Shown piece by piece: positions 41,667-49,204 of a stretch of 49,887 bases of DNA (within the stretch, counting starts at the first letter, position 1; every line of letters starts with the position of its first letter). The translations under genes were made by a program, and so were the position numbers. The stretch lies in contig PWRA01000113.1 in NCBI GenBank assembly GCA_003556385.1, positions 1 through 49,887 on the forward strand, read 5' to 3'. Under the pieces are notes generated by a model. That model saw only the letters and a program-made list of their open reading frames with translations. It did not search any database and was not told the origin of the DNA. This DNA is from Dehalococcoidia bacterium (GTDB taxonomy: Bacteria > Chloroflexota > Dehalococcoidia > GIF9 > AB-539-J10).

Positions 41667-41953
41667 GCATCCTGATCAAACCGATCTTAAGCTGCCGCGT
41701 ACTGCGTGAACAGAATACCTCTCCAACCTGCGGCCGGATCCAGCTTCTCCCCGGAGTCGCCATGGTGTACGCCCCCGCAGCGTTCCAGATCTCGCGGATA
41801 GGTACACGGCCATCCAGGGATTGGGTCCGGACCTGGTTGCACGCTACCGACTGGTGAAAGCCTGAAGAAAAGGACCTGGGTGGATTCAAAATTGGGCAGA
41901 GCTCGACACTGTCCTTCGCCCTTCCGAAACGGGAGTCTCAGCCTTAACAAGCG

Positions 41954-42325
41954 CTAGCGAGCCGCAAGCTCTTCTATCTTCCTCGCCATCTCATCCGGCC
42001 TGAAAGGTTTACTAACAAAGCTGTCAGCGCCCAGGCGTATCGCCCTGTCACGGTTTCCCGGGCTTGCGCTGAAGGCGATCACAGGCAACTGACTGAAAGC
42101 CCGCAGCTGCTTCAACACCTCGCATCCATCCATTTCGGGCATGATGATATCGAGCAGCATGACATCCGGGTTGGCCGTCTTGACAAGATCGAGCGCCTCG
42201 TCGCCAGAGGCAGCCGTAAGGACCTCAAATCCGCGAAGTCTCAGGTCTATCTCCACAAACCTGAGCACCTTCACGTGATCATCGACCACCAGCACGCATG
42301 TCTTTTTTGTTACCTCATTCATCAT
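41954..42325 (-). CDS. stand-alone response-regulator receiver domain (CheY-like), 123 aa
   Basis: VLVVDDH...DVMLLDIIMPEMDG......PVIAFSA......GADSFVSKPF. No output domain. Confidence 0.85.
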   Translation of the reverse strand: MMNEVTKKTCVLVVDDHVKVLRFVEIDLRLRGFEVLTAASGDEALDLVKTANPDVMLLDIIMPEMDGCEVLKQLRAFSQLPVIAFSASPGNRDRAIRLGADSFVSKPFRPDEMARKIEELAAR

Positions 42326-42418
42326 CCGTGCAAAGCCTCACTAGACCGTATTGCGCTACCCGTTTCCAGTTCCTCGACCGAAGATTATATCCCCGTATGC
42401 AAGCGAATTCAAGCACTC

Positions 42419-42487
42419 ATTGTAGCGGCCCGCACATAAAGAAGTCATGGCATTTGGCCGGAAAATGTAACGAAAGTATGACATTTT
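42419..42487 (-). promoter_or_regulatory. copy C of the promoter module, upstream of the response-regulator/pfp/fba genes
   Basis: Minus strand: AAAATGTCATACTTTCGTTACATTTTccggccaaatgcc ATGACT (42448-42443), an 18-nt spacer, TACAAT (42424-42419). Confidence 0.6.
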
Positions 42488-42735
42488 GCCCCGCCTCTCC
42501 GTAACCGCATTTCGGGACGTCTGGCCCGCTAAGCAGCCGAAGCACCACGTAGGCAGACGCAATGCCGCCGATCGATCAGTGTCTCGATTACCGAGTGCAC
42601 ACCCCAGGACGAGCACAACTGCGTGCTGGGCACTCGACGGGATGGTTTACTAGCAGTACCGGGACAGCCAGTCCGCAACCGCCCGAATGGGTCTATGGCG
42701 TTGAAGGCAGTGCTCAAACTGATCGGATGGGCCGA

Positions 42736-43410
42736 CTATCGGCCAGACCTGTTCAGTGACGCCTGTTCCAGCACCCAGGAGCGCCACTCTTCCACCCCCT
42801 GGCCGGTCTTGCACGACAGCTGCAGAACCAGGGCCTCGGAGTTCAGTCCCCGGACGGCCTCGCGAAAGGCGGCGAGGTCGAAGTCAAGGTAAGGAAGAAG
42901 ATCTATCTTGTTCACTATCACTACATCCGCGTCGACAAAAATCAGGGGGTATTTCGCCGTCTTATCGTCACCCTCTGGCAGGCTGGAAATCACGACTCGC
43001 CTGTGTTCACCCAGGGCGAACTCGGAGGGGCAGATGAGATTGCCTATGTTCTCGATCAGGACCAGGTCTACCTCGTCCAGAGGCAGCTCCTTTAGAGCCG
43101 ACTCAATCATGGCAGCCGTCAAGGAGCAACTCTCCGGCATGTTCCGCGTATTTATCTGGACTACTGCACGTGCCTCGTCCTGCACCTTTTCGGCATCTAC
43201 AGTGGATGCGACATCGCCTTCGATAACGGCGACGTTGAGCCTATCTCTCAGGCCGGCAATCGTCTGCAGAATAAGACTCGTCTTGCCGGCACCGGGACCG
43301 GACATGACATTGATGCCAAGGATTCCGTGCTTTTCCAGCAGTTCCCGATTCCGCCTGGCTATGGCCTCATTGGCTTCCAATACGTTCTGTATGACTTCTA
43401 TCTTCTTCAT
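42736..43410 (-). CDS. hypB: hydrogenase nickel-insertion GTPase HypB, 224 aa
   Basis: GPGAGKTSL P-loop, IENIGNLICP, and NK.DL. The start overlaps the hypA stop (ATGA). Confidence 0.9.
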   Translation of the reverse strand: MKKIEVIQNVLEANEAIARRNRELLEKHGILGINVMSGPGAGKTSLILQTIAGLRDRLNVAVIEGDVASTVDAEKVQDEARAVVQINTRNMPESCSLTAAMIESALKELPLDEVDLVLIENIGNLICPSEFALGEHRRVVISSLPEGDDKTAKYPLIFVDADVVIVNKIDLLPYLDFDLAAFREAVRGLNSEALVLQLSCKTGQGVEEWRSWVLEQASLNRSGR

Positions 43411-43748
43411 TCTACTTCTATGCTCTCAACATAGAGCTCGCGGCCCCTGGCTATCTCCACGCTCTGGCTCAAACACTCAGGACAGGACCACATGGTGTCC
43501 TGAGGCATAAAAAGAGCAGCGCAGTCGCGACACCGCAGCTGCGCCGGCACAACCTCGAAGTGGAGTACAGCCTGCTGAGCTATCGTCTCCTCCTTAAAAG
43601 AATCAAAATAGAACTGGATGCAGTCCGGGACGAATCCCGACAGCTCGCCTATGACCAGGTTGATCTGTGTTATCCTGGTGGCCTGCGCTTCACCGGCCTT
43701 GGCCAAGGCAATATCGACGATGTTCTCGGTTATTCCCAGTTCATGCAT
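43407..43748 (-). CDS. hypA: hydrogenase nickel-insertion metallochaperone HypA, 113 aa
   Basis: The track start is TTG, so the CDS is trimmed to the canonical MHELGI N-terminus. Zinc site CRDC...CPEC. Confidence 0.85.
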   Translation of the reverse strand: MHELGITENIVDIALAKAGEAQATRITQINLVIGELSGFVPDCIQFYFDSFKEETIAQQAVLHFEVVPAQLRCRDCAALFMPQDTMWSCPECLSQSVEIARGRELYVESIEVE

Positions 43749-43922
43749 ATGGTGAACCAAGCCAAGGCAAGGTATTCTAGACTACTTCGCGCCTCCACTT
43801 CAAGAGCCGGGCACACAACACGGGAATCAACCACCATGGCCGCCCCCACATCAACTTAGGGGCGAGCCCCAGAGTGGAGCATTCACAGCACGCTGTGCCG
43901 CCATCGCAAGGCTGATAATCGC

Positions 43923-44156
43923 CTACATATGGCAGGTATCACAGCTTGACGCCGAACACGTCCCGCACGAGGAGGCTCCACCGATGGGCGTAGACGACCC
44001 CTCACTGTTCTTAGAGAAAGATGCGAAGCACGAGAATATACGCCTGCTAGCACTTCGACAGCGAGGGCAAGCTGCGTCTGCGTCTACCTGTGTCTGCTGA
44101 CGCAGCAGCTCAAACTTCAGCCCGCAATCGGGGCAACAGTACTCGTAAATGGGCAT
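43923..44156 (-). CDS. FmdB-family zinc-ribbon protein (CxxC_CxxC_SSSS type), 77 aa
   Basis: MPIYEYCCPDCGLKFE......CPRC and a Ser/Cys-rich tail. Confidence 0.8.
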   Translation of the reverse strand: MPIYEYCCPDCGLKFELLRQQTQVDADAACPRCRSASRRIFSCFASFSKNSEGSSTPIGGASSCGTCSASSCDTCHM

Positions 44157-44243
44157 TCCTACGTCCTCGACTAAAGAGCACCGCGAGTCTCAAGAGGTGG
44201 ACCTTTCATCCGTCTCCTGAGACACGCCACATGGATCTTCCGA

Positions 44244-44462
44244 TTAGACGGCCACCACTTCTTCAACCTCGGGCACCCTCTCCTTAAGCACTCTCTCAAT
44301 CCCGCCTTTCAGCGTCATGCTCGCCATCGGGCAGCCGCTGCAGGCACCCGTCAACCTCACTGTCACCACTCCGTCCTTGACATCTATTAGCTGGACATCT
44401 CCACCGTCGGCCAGTAGCGACGGTCTCACCTCAGCCAGCGCTGCTTCTACCTTTTCCCGCAT
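44244..44462 (-). CDS. NifU C-terminal-domain-like Fe-S scaffold/carrier protein, 72 aa
   Basis: V...L..VRP.L.ADGGDV.L..V.DG.V.V.L.GAC.GCPMAS.TLK.GIE..L. Confidence 0.85.
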   Translation of the reverse strand: MREKVEAALAEVRPSLLADGGDVQLIDVKDGVVTVRLTGACSGCPMASMTLKGGIERVLKERVPEVEEVVAV

Positions 44463-44523
44463 TCATTCCCTCCTTAATGTGCTGTCTTCCCAGGTCATCG
44501 CCCTGCTTCCAACCCCAACGGTA

Positions 44524-44552
44524 AATATAGAGTCAAAGGCATCGGTTGTCAA
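44524..44552 (-). promoter_or_regulatory. consensus sigma70 promoter TTGACA-17nt-TATATT, internal to the hydrogenase cluster
   Basis: Minus strand: TTGACA (44552-44547), a 17-nt spacer, TATATT (44529-44524). It lies between the ferredoxin-subunit stop and the nifU-like ATG. Confidence 0.55.
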
Positions 44553-44565
44553 GTGTAACGAGACA

Positions 44566-44904
44566 TCAGACCGGCACCTCTATGGTCTCCACTCCCTTGG
44601 ACAGGGCCGGCTTCGTATAGCGCCTGTCCTGGCCTATCGCTCTCGGAAGACATATCTCCACGCATGTCGCGCAGTAAATGCACTTGAAAGGGTCGTACGT
44701 TATCTGTCGGGACTCCAGGGTCACCTCTATAGCCAACGAGGGACAGACCCTGGCACAATCGCCGCAGAGATCGCACCTATCGGCATCAAAATCGATCCTG
44801 CCCTTGTACCCCGCAAAGGGCTCCCTCACATCATCGAATGGATACCGCCGCGTAACGGGTCGAGATAACAGGTTCCTCAAGATCGTCGGAAGCATCCACG
44901 GCAT
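44566..44904 (-). CDS. 2x[4Fe-4S] ferredoxin-type hydrogenase subunit (EchF/NuoI-like), 112 aa
   Basis: CDLCGDCARVCP and CIYCATCVEICLP. Located immediately downstream of the large subunit. Confidence 0.8.
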   Translation of the reverse strand: MPWMLPTILRNLLSRPVTRRYPFDDVREPFAGYKGRIDFDADRCDLCGDCARVCPSLAIEVTLESRQITYDPFKCIYCATCVEICLPRAIGQDRRYTKPALSKGVETIEVPV

Positions 44905-44909
44905 TTACA

Positions 44910-45989
44910 TCACCTCTCAGTACAGGAGATACAGGGGTCTATCGACAGGGCAATCACCGGTGCGTCGGCCAGTTCACAACCGGGCATCATGGCCAGTAGA
45001 GGAGGTATATTCGCGAAAGTGGGCGTCCTTATCTTCAGTCGCTCCAGATGGTTCGTTCCGTTGCCCTTCAGGTAGTAGATGACTTCACCTCTGGGCTGCT
45101 CGCACCTGGACACCGTCTCCCCCACAGGATAACCGTCCACTCTAATCAGTATCCTCCCATCGGGCATCGCCGTCAGCGACCTTCTCATAAGATCTATAGA
45201 CTGATACAGTTCTCTGGTTCTCACCACGACGCGGGCATGACTATCGCACCCCGTCTCCACTACCGGCTCGAAGCCGAGCTCACCATAAGCCGCGTAGCCT
45301 GTCTGCCTCATATCAACGGCCACACCACTCGCCCGGGCCACGTGACCGACTGCCCCCAGCACCTCGGCCTGGTCCTTCGACAATACCCCCTTCCCTGCAG
45401 TCCGTTGCCTGATGGTCGGATCGTGCAGGAACACACCATGAATGGAGCTATCCACCAGTTGCCTCAGAGCGATAAGCCTCTTCTCCACTTCCCTCACCAT
45501 CTCTTCATCCATATCCCTTCTCACTCCACCGATGGTGCAGGAGGCCTGAATTATCCTGTGCCCGGCCGTCATCTCAGAGATATCGAGGACCATCTCTCTG
45601 GCGCGCCAGCACTGCATGAAGAGGCTCTCGAAGCCCATGGCGTCGGCCAACAGCCCCAACCAAAGTAGATGACTATGCGCCCTGGAGAGTTCACTCCAGA
45701 ATACACGCAGAAACCGGGCCCTGGCGGGAACCTCAACTCCTATCAGGCTTTCAATCCCCTGGCAGTAAGTCAGGCTGTGGATGAAGCTACAGATTCCGCA
45801 TATTCTGTCCATCAGGTTGATGTTTTGACGGAAGGTATTGAGCTCAGCGGCCTTTTCGATCCCGCGGTGGACGTAGCCGATGACGGGCATCACACCGATC
45901 ACCTTCTCATCTTCCAGCTCCAGCTTAAGGTGAATGGGCTCCGGCAACACGGGGTGTTGAGGGCCGAACGGGATCACGGTTCGCGCCAT
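44910..45989 (-). CDS. group 4 (energy-converting, Ech/Mbh-type) [NiFe]-hydrogenase large subunit, NuoD-like, 359 aa
   Basis: N-terminal FGPQHP, Ni-binding RICGICSFIHS and C-terminal DPCISCTER motifs. Size equals EchE-type subunits. Confidence 0.9.
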   Translation of the reverse strand: MARTVIPFGPQHPVLPEPIHLKLELEDEKVIGVMPVIGYVHRGIEKAAELNTFRQNINLMDRICGICSFIHSLTYCQGIESLIGVEVPARARFLRVFWSELSRAHSHLLWLGLLADAMGFESLFMQCWRAREMVLDISEMTAGHRIIQASCTIGGVRRDMDEEMVREVEKRLIALRQLVDSSIHGVFLHDPTIRQRTAGKGVLSKDQAEVLGAVGHVARASGVAVDMRQTGYAAYGELGFEPVVETGCDSHARVVVRTRELYQSIDLMRRSLTAMPDGRILIRVDGYPVGETVSRCEQPRGEVIYYLKGNGTNHLERLKIRTPTFANIPPLLAMMPGCELADAPVIALSIDPCISCTER

Positions 45990-46035
45990 TGCATCACACT
46001 CCTCGGTCTGGTCCGATCATTCTCGATTATCATAC

Positions 46036-47823
46036 TCATTCCTCCAGGTCGCATCTCCAGCACCGCCGGCCCTCAGCCCTGGCCTCCTCTTCGCTCAGTC
46101 CGAGCTCGACCTCTCCGAATCCTCGCAATCTCTCCCCGACGGGCAGACTCGGCATCTCGACCCGGATGCTCTCATTGGTCCACCTATCGATGAAAGTATC
46201 CCGAGCAGTGAGGTCTCTCACCTCGATCTCATCTACCGCCAGGATTCCTGTTCCGCCCAGATACTTATCGATCGATGACGCCGCCTGTTTCCCGGTCCTC
46301 ACGGCCTCAACCACCGAAGCGGGCCCTAGTACTGCATCACCCGCGGCGAAGACGGCATCGCGCGACGTAGCCATAGTCTCTGGATGTGCCAGGATAACGT
46401 TTCCCCGTCCCAATCTGATGCCGAACTCCTGCGAGAACTCGGGGTGTTGCCCGATCGCAGCGATAACGGCACTTACATCCACAGTGAACTCGCTGTCCTC
46501 AACGGGTTCCGGTCGGGGCCTCCCGCTAGCGTCGGGTGGTCCCAGGCGCATACAAATGCTTTCCAGTTGGATTGTATCATCTCTGGTCAATACTCTTGTC
46601 GGCGCTGCCAGGAAACGGATTTTCACCACTTCCTTGAGCGCCTCCTCGATCTCACAGGCATCGGCCGGCATTTCGGCCCGTGTGCGCCGGTAGTACATCA
46701 TAACATCGCTAGCTCCCAGGCGAAGCGCGCTACGCGCGGCATCGATGGCGGCGTTGCCACCGCCGATAATCGCGACCGCTTCTCCCGGCTCGACCCTGCC
46801 ACCAAGATTCACGTCTCTAAGGAAATCTATGCAATCCATTACTCTATGATGATCCTCTCCCTCGACCCCCATCTTAATGCCTACGTGAGCGCCCGTCGCC
46901 ACGAGCACCGCCTGATACCCTTCCTCAAAGAGAGTATCCAAAGATGCTATCCTGTTAGAGGTAAGTATGTCGACGCCCATCCTCCTGATCATGTCTATCT
47001 CGCGATCGAGCACCGCTCTGGGGAGCCGGTAAGACGGGATCCCCACCCGCATCATTCCTCCGGCCTCGGGCAATGCCTCATATATGGTGACTCCGTGCCC
47101 CATCCTGGCAAGGTAGTAGGCCGCGGTGAGCCCGGCCGGCCCTGAGCCGATTATCGCTACACGCTTCCCGGTTTGCCTGGAAGGCACTCCCTCGTCATAG
47201 GCGGCATGATCGTAGGCGAACCTCTTCAGCATCCTGATCGCAATCGGGGTGTCCTGCCTTGCCTGGCGGCAGTTAGCCTCGCAGGGAGCAAAACATACCC
47301 GGCCCAGGATGCCCGGGAAGGGGAGCGCCTGCCTTATCACCGCAAGCGCCTCGGCAACCCTTCCGTCGCCGACAAGCCGGACATAGCGGGGTATGTCGAT
47401 CCCGGCGGGACAAGCGTCGCCGCACCTCACGGGAAGACGCTCCGGTGGTGTAGGCTCATAGGGAGCGGGTTTCAAAAGCTCGCTCTCAGGACTATCCTTG
47501 CTGCGCAGGAACCTCTTATGAAAGTCGAGCGCCAGGCCCTCCATCTCGATACCGAAGTGGTCGCGCATCTCGTTCTCACTCAGGGCAGCGCAGAGGTAGA
47601 CGCCAGATATGCTGGGCAGCGCTTCCCCTTTCCCAATCCGCACCTTGACGTGGCCGAGTGGCGCAGGGCTGTCCTGTAACTCGAAATGGTAGATGACTTC
47701 AAACCCATCTCCCAGGTCAAGACAGGTGATGGCGCCGAACCTGGCTCCGACACCCAACAGCTTCCGCACTGCAGCTACCAGCCCACCCATGTCTACCAGA
47801 ATCTCATTTTCCATGTGCGCCAA
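46036..47823 (-). CDS. fusion protein: NuoC/EchD-like hydrogenase subunit (~110 aa) plus GltD/NfnB/SudA-like NAD(P)H-binding FAD/Fe-S oxidoreductase (~480 aa)
   Basis: The N-terminus ...FEVIYHF.....P.....V.....EALPSISGVY..A...E.E..D.FGI..EG is NuoC-like. Then come RCGDACPAGIDIP.Y......G....A......N.FP...GRVC..PCE..C (GltD-type Fe-S motifs), VAIIGSGPAGLTAA (FAD) and VAIIGGGNAAIDAA (NAD(P)H). Confidence 0.8.
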   Translation of the reverse strand: MAHMENEILVDMGGLVAAVRKLLGVGARFGAITCLDLGDGFEVIYHFELQDSPAPLGHVKVRIGKGEALPSISGVYLCAALSENEMRDHFGIEMEGLALDFHKRFLRSKDSPESELLKPAPYEPTPPERLPVRCGDACPAGIDIPRYVRLVGDGRVAEALAVIRQALPFPGILGRVCFAPCEANCRQARQDTPIAIRMLKRFAYDHAAYDEGVPSRQTGKRVAIIGSGPAGLTAAYYLARMGHGVTIYEALPEAGGMMRVGIPSYRLPRAVLDREIDMIRRMGVDILTSNRIASLDTLFEEGYQAVLVATGAHVGIKMGVEGEDHHRVMDCIDFLRDVNLGGRVEPGEAVAIIGGGNAAIDAARSALRLGASDVMMYYRRTRAEMPADACEIEEALKEVVKIRFLAAPTRVLTRDDTIQLESICMRLGPPDASGRPRPEPVEDSEFTVDVSAVIAAIGQHPEFSQEFGIRLGRGNVILAHPETMATSRDAVFAAGDAVLGPASVVEAVRTGKQAASSIDKYLGGTGILAVDEIEVRDLTARDTFIDRWTNESIRVEMPSLPVGERLRGFGEVELGLSEEEARAEGRRCWRCDLEE

Positions 47824-48232
47824 TGCTCTCCAATGCCAACACTACGCCGTCGATGATCGCCTCGGGCCTGGCGGCGCAACCGGGGATGTAGACATCCACC
47901 GGTATGACCCTGTCTATGCCGCCCAGGACGTTAGGGCAATTGTGAAACACGCCGCCCGTGCACCCACAGGTCCCCACCACTATGACCCGTCTAGGCTCGG
48001 GCATCTGTTCGTACAGATTGCTCAGCACCCTCTGATTGCGGTGGTTGGCGGGGCCGGTCACCAGGAGTACATCAGCGTGTTTCGGATTACCCATATTTAC
48101 GATACCGAACCGCTCTACATCGTAGAAAGGGGTCAGCGCGGCCAGTATCTCAATGTCGCACCCATTGCAGCTACCGCAATCGAAGTGCAACAGCCAGGGC
48201 GATTTAATCCTCGCTCTATTCATTATTCCCAT
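47804..48232 (-). CDS. group 4 [NiFe]-hydrogenase small subunit (EchC/NuoB-like), 142 aa
   Basis: CGSCNGCDIE, ...VVGTCGCTGG... and PGCAARPE cluster ligands. Overlaps the downstream fusion gene by 20 nt. Confidence 0.9.
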   Translation of the reverse strand: MGIMNRARIKSPWLLHFDCGSCNGCDIEILAALTPFYDVERFGIVNMGNPKHADVLLVTGPANHRNQRVLSNLYEQMPEPRRVIVVGTCGCTGGVFHNCPNVLGGIDRVIPVDVYIPGCAARPEAIIDGVVLALESIGAHGK

Positions 48233-48334
48233 TTCGTTACATCCAAAGCCCTTCAGCGCTGTGTGTCAGTGCGAGCCAAGTCAAGCAATCCGGTGGGAGT
48301 GCCACGGCCCGCAATGACGTTAACGCGAAACGCT

Positions 48335-49204
48335 TTACATCCATCCTAAGTGTATCAATACTATGTTCAACGCAATCAAACCTATGCCCGCGCCCCAGGC
48401 GAATCTCAGCATCGAGGACCAGGTCAGGCGAGCGCTTATGTTGTCCACCAGCAGTATGACAAGCCAGCCCAGTAGAGCTATTATGATGGATAGCCACCAC
48501 AGGCTGCCCGCCGCCCAGAACAACCCAAGCACCGACAGCACCAGGACCATCTCGTACCAGTGCCCTAGCTCAATCAACGCCAGGTACGGTCCCGAGTACT
48601 CGGTCACCACACCCCCAACCAGCTCCTGATGTGCATGCTCCGAGCTAGAGACGTCAAAGGGCGACTTTCTCATTACCATAGCGAGCGCGATAAGAAGGGC
48701 GATGAAAGTCAGCCACAACCCGGGCAGTAGAGGCTCTCCGTGTTCCAGGATAGCGGTAATGGAGAAGCCGTCAACCTTCAACGCAATGGGCACTGCCGCC
48801 AGTAACAGGATCGGTTCATAGGCCAGAAATCGCAGCAGTTCACGATGTCCGCCCAGCTGGCTATAGGGAGACTTCACGCTCAACGCGCCTAGAGGAAGAC
48901 ACAGACTGCCGAAAAAGAGTATGAACAGAAGCATCAACAGATCTTGCCTCAAGGCAAAGAAAACCACCGCGGTAACAGTCAGGCCGAGAAACGCATAGGC
49001 AAACACAGTCTGTGTTCGACCGGCGACCATGGGGTTCTTGCCGAACAGCTTGATGACATCGTAGAATGGCTGGAGAAGCGGCGGTCCCCATCTACCCTGC
49101 ATGCGGGCGGTCAGCCTGCGGTCGATGCCTTTCAGCCACCCTCCGATCAGAGGAGCTGCTATCACAGCAATGAGCGCGGTTCCGATCAGCCAGCCTGTGT
49201 TCAT
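48335..49204 (-). CDS. membrane subunit EchB/HycD/NuoH-like, 289 aa
   Basis: Polytopic. The R....MQGR.GP....QPF.D..KL motif is typical of NuoH/HycD. Confidence 0.85.
   Translation of the reverse strand: MNTGWLIGTALIAVIAAPLIGGWLKGIDRRLTARMQGRWGPPLLQPFYDVIKLFGKNPMVAGRTQTVFAYAFLGLTVTAVVFFALRQDLLMLLFILFFGSLCLPLGALSVKSPYSQLGGHRELLRFLAYEPILLLAAVPIALKVDGFSITAILEHGEPLLPGLWLTFIALLIALAMVMRKSPFDVSSSEHAHQELVGGVVTEYSGPYLALIELGHWYEMVLVLSVLGLFWAAGSLWWLSIIIALLGWLVILLVDNISARLTWSSMLRFAWGAGIGLIALNIVLIHLGWM

Noticed and set aside
41602-41953. Small ORFs (75 and 87 aa, minus strand) and a possible structured RNA in the 350-nt gap between the receiver gene and pfp
   Set aside because: The ORF translations are low-complexity with no SD. 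I could not find extended complementary arms or any riboswitch core motif. Only a TATAAT box is convincing. The gap is left as unexplained spacer and is mentioned under the pfp/fba finding.
42488-42735. 250-nt gene-free stretch between the hypB stop and promoter copy C, with track ORFs at 42356-42616, 42529-42717, 42562-42759 and 42623-42892
   Set aside because: None of the ORFs has an SD or family resemblance, and no convincing terminator hairpin with a U-tract or known RNA motif was recognised. It is treated as ordinary intergenic DNA pending transcript data.
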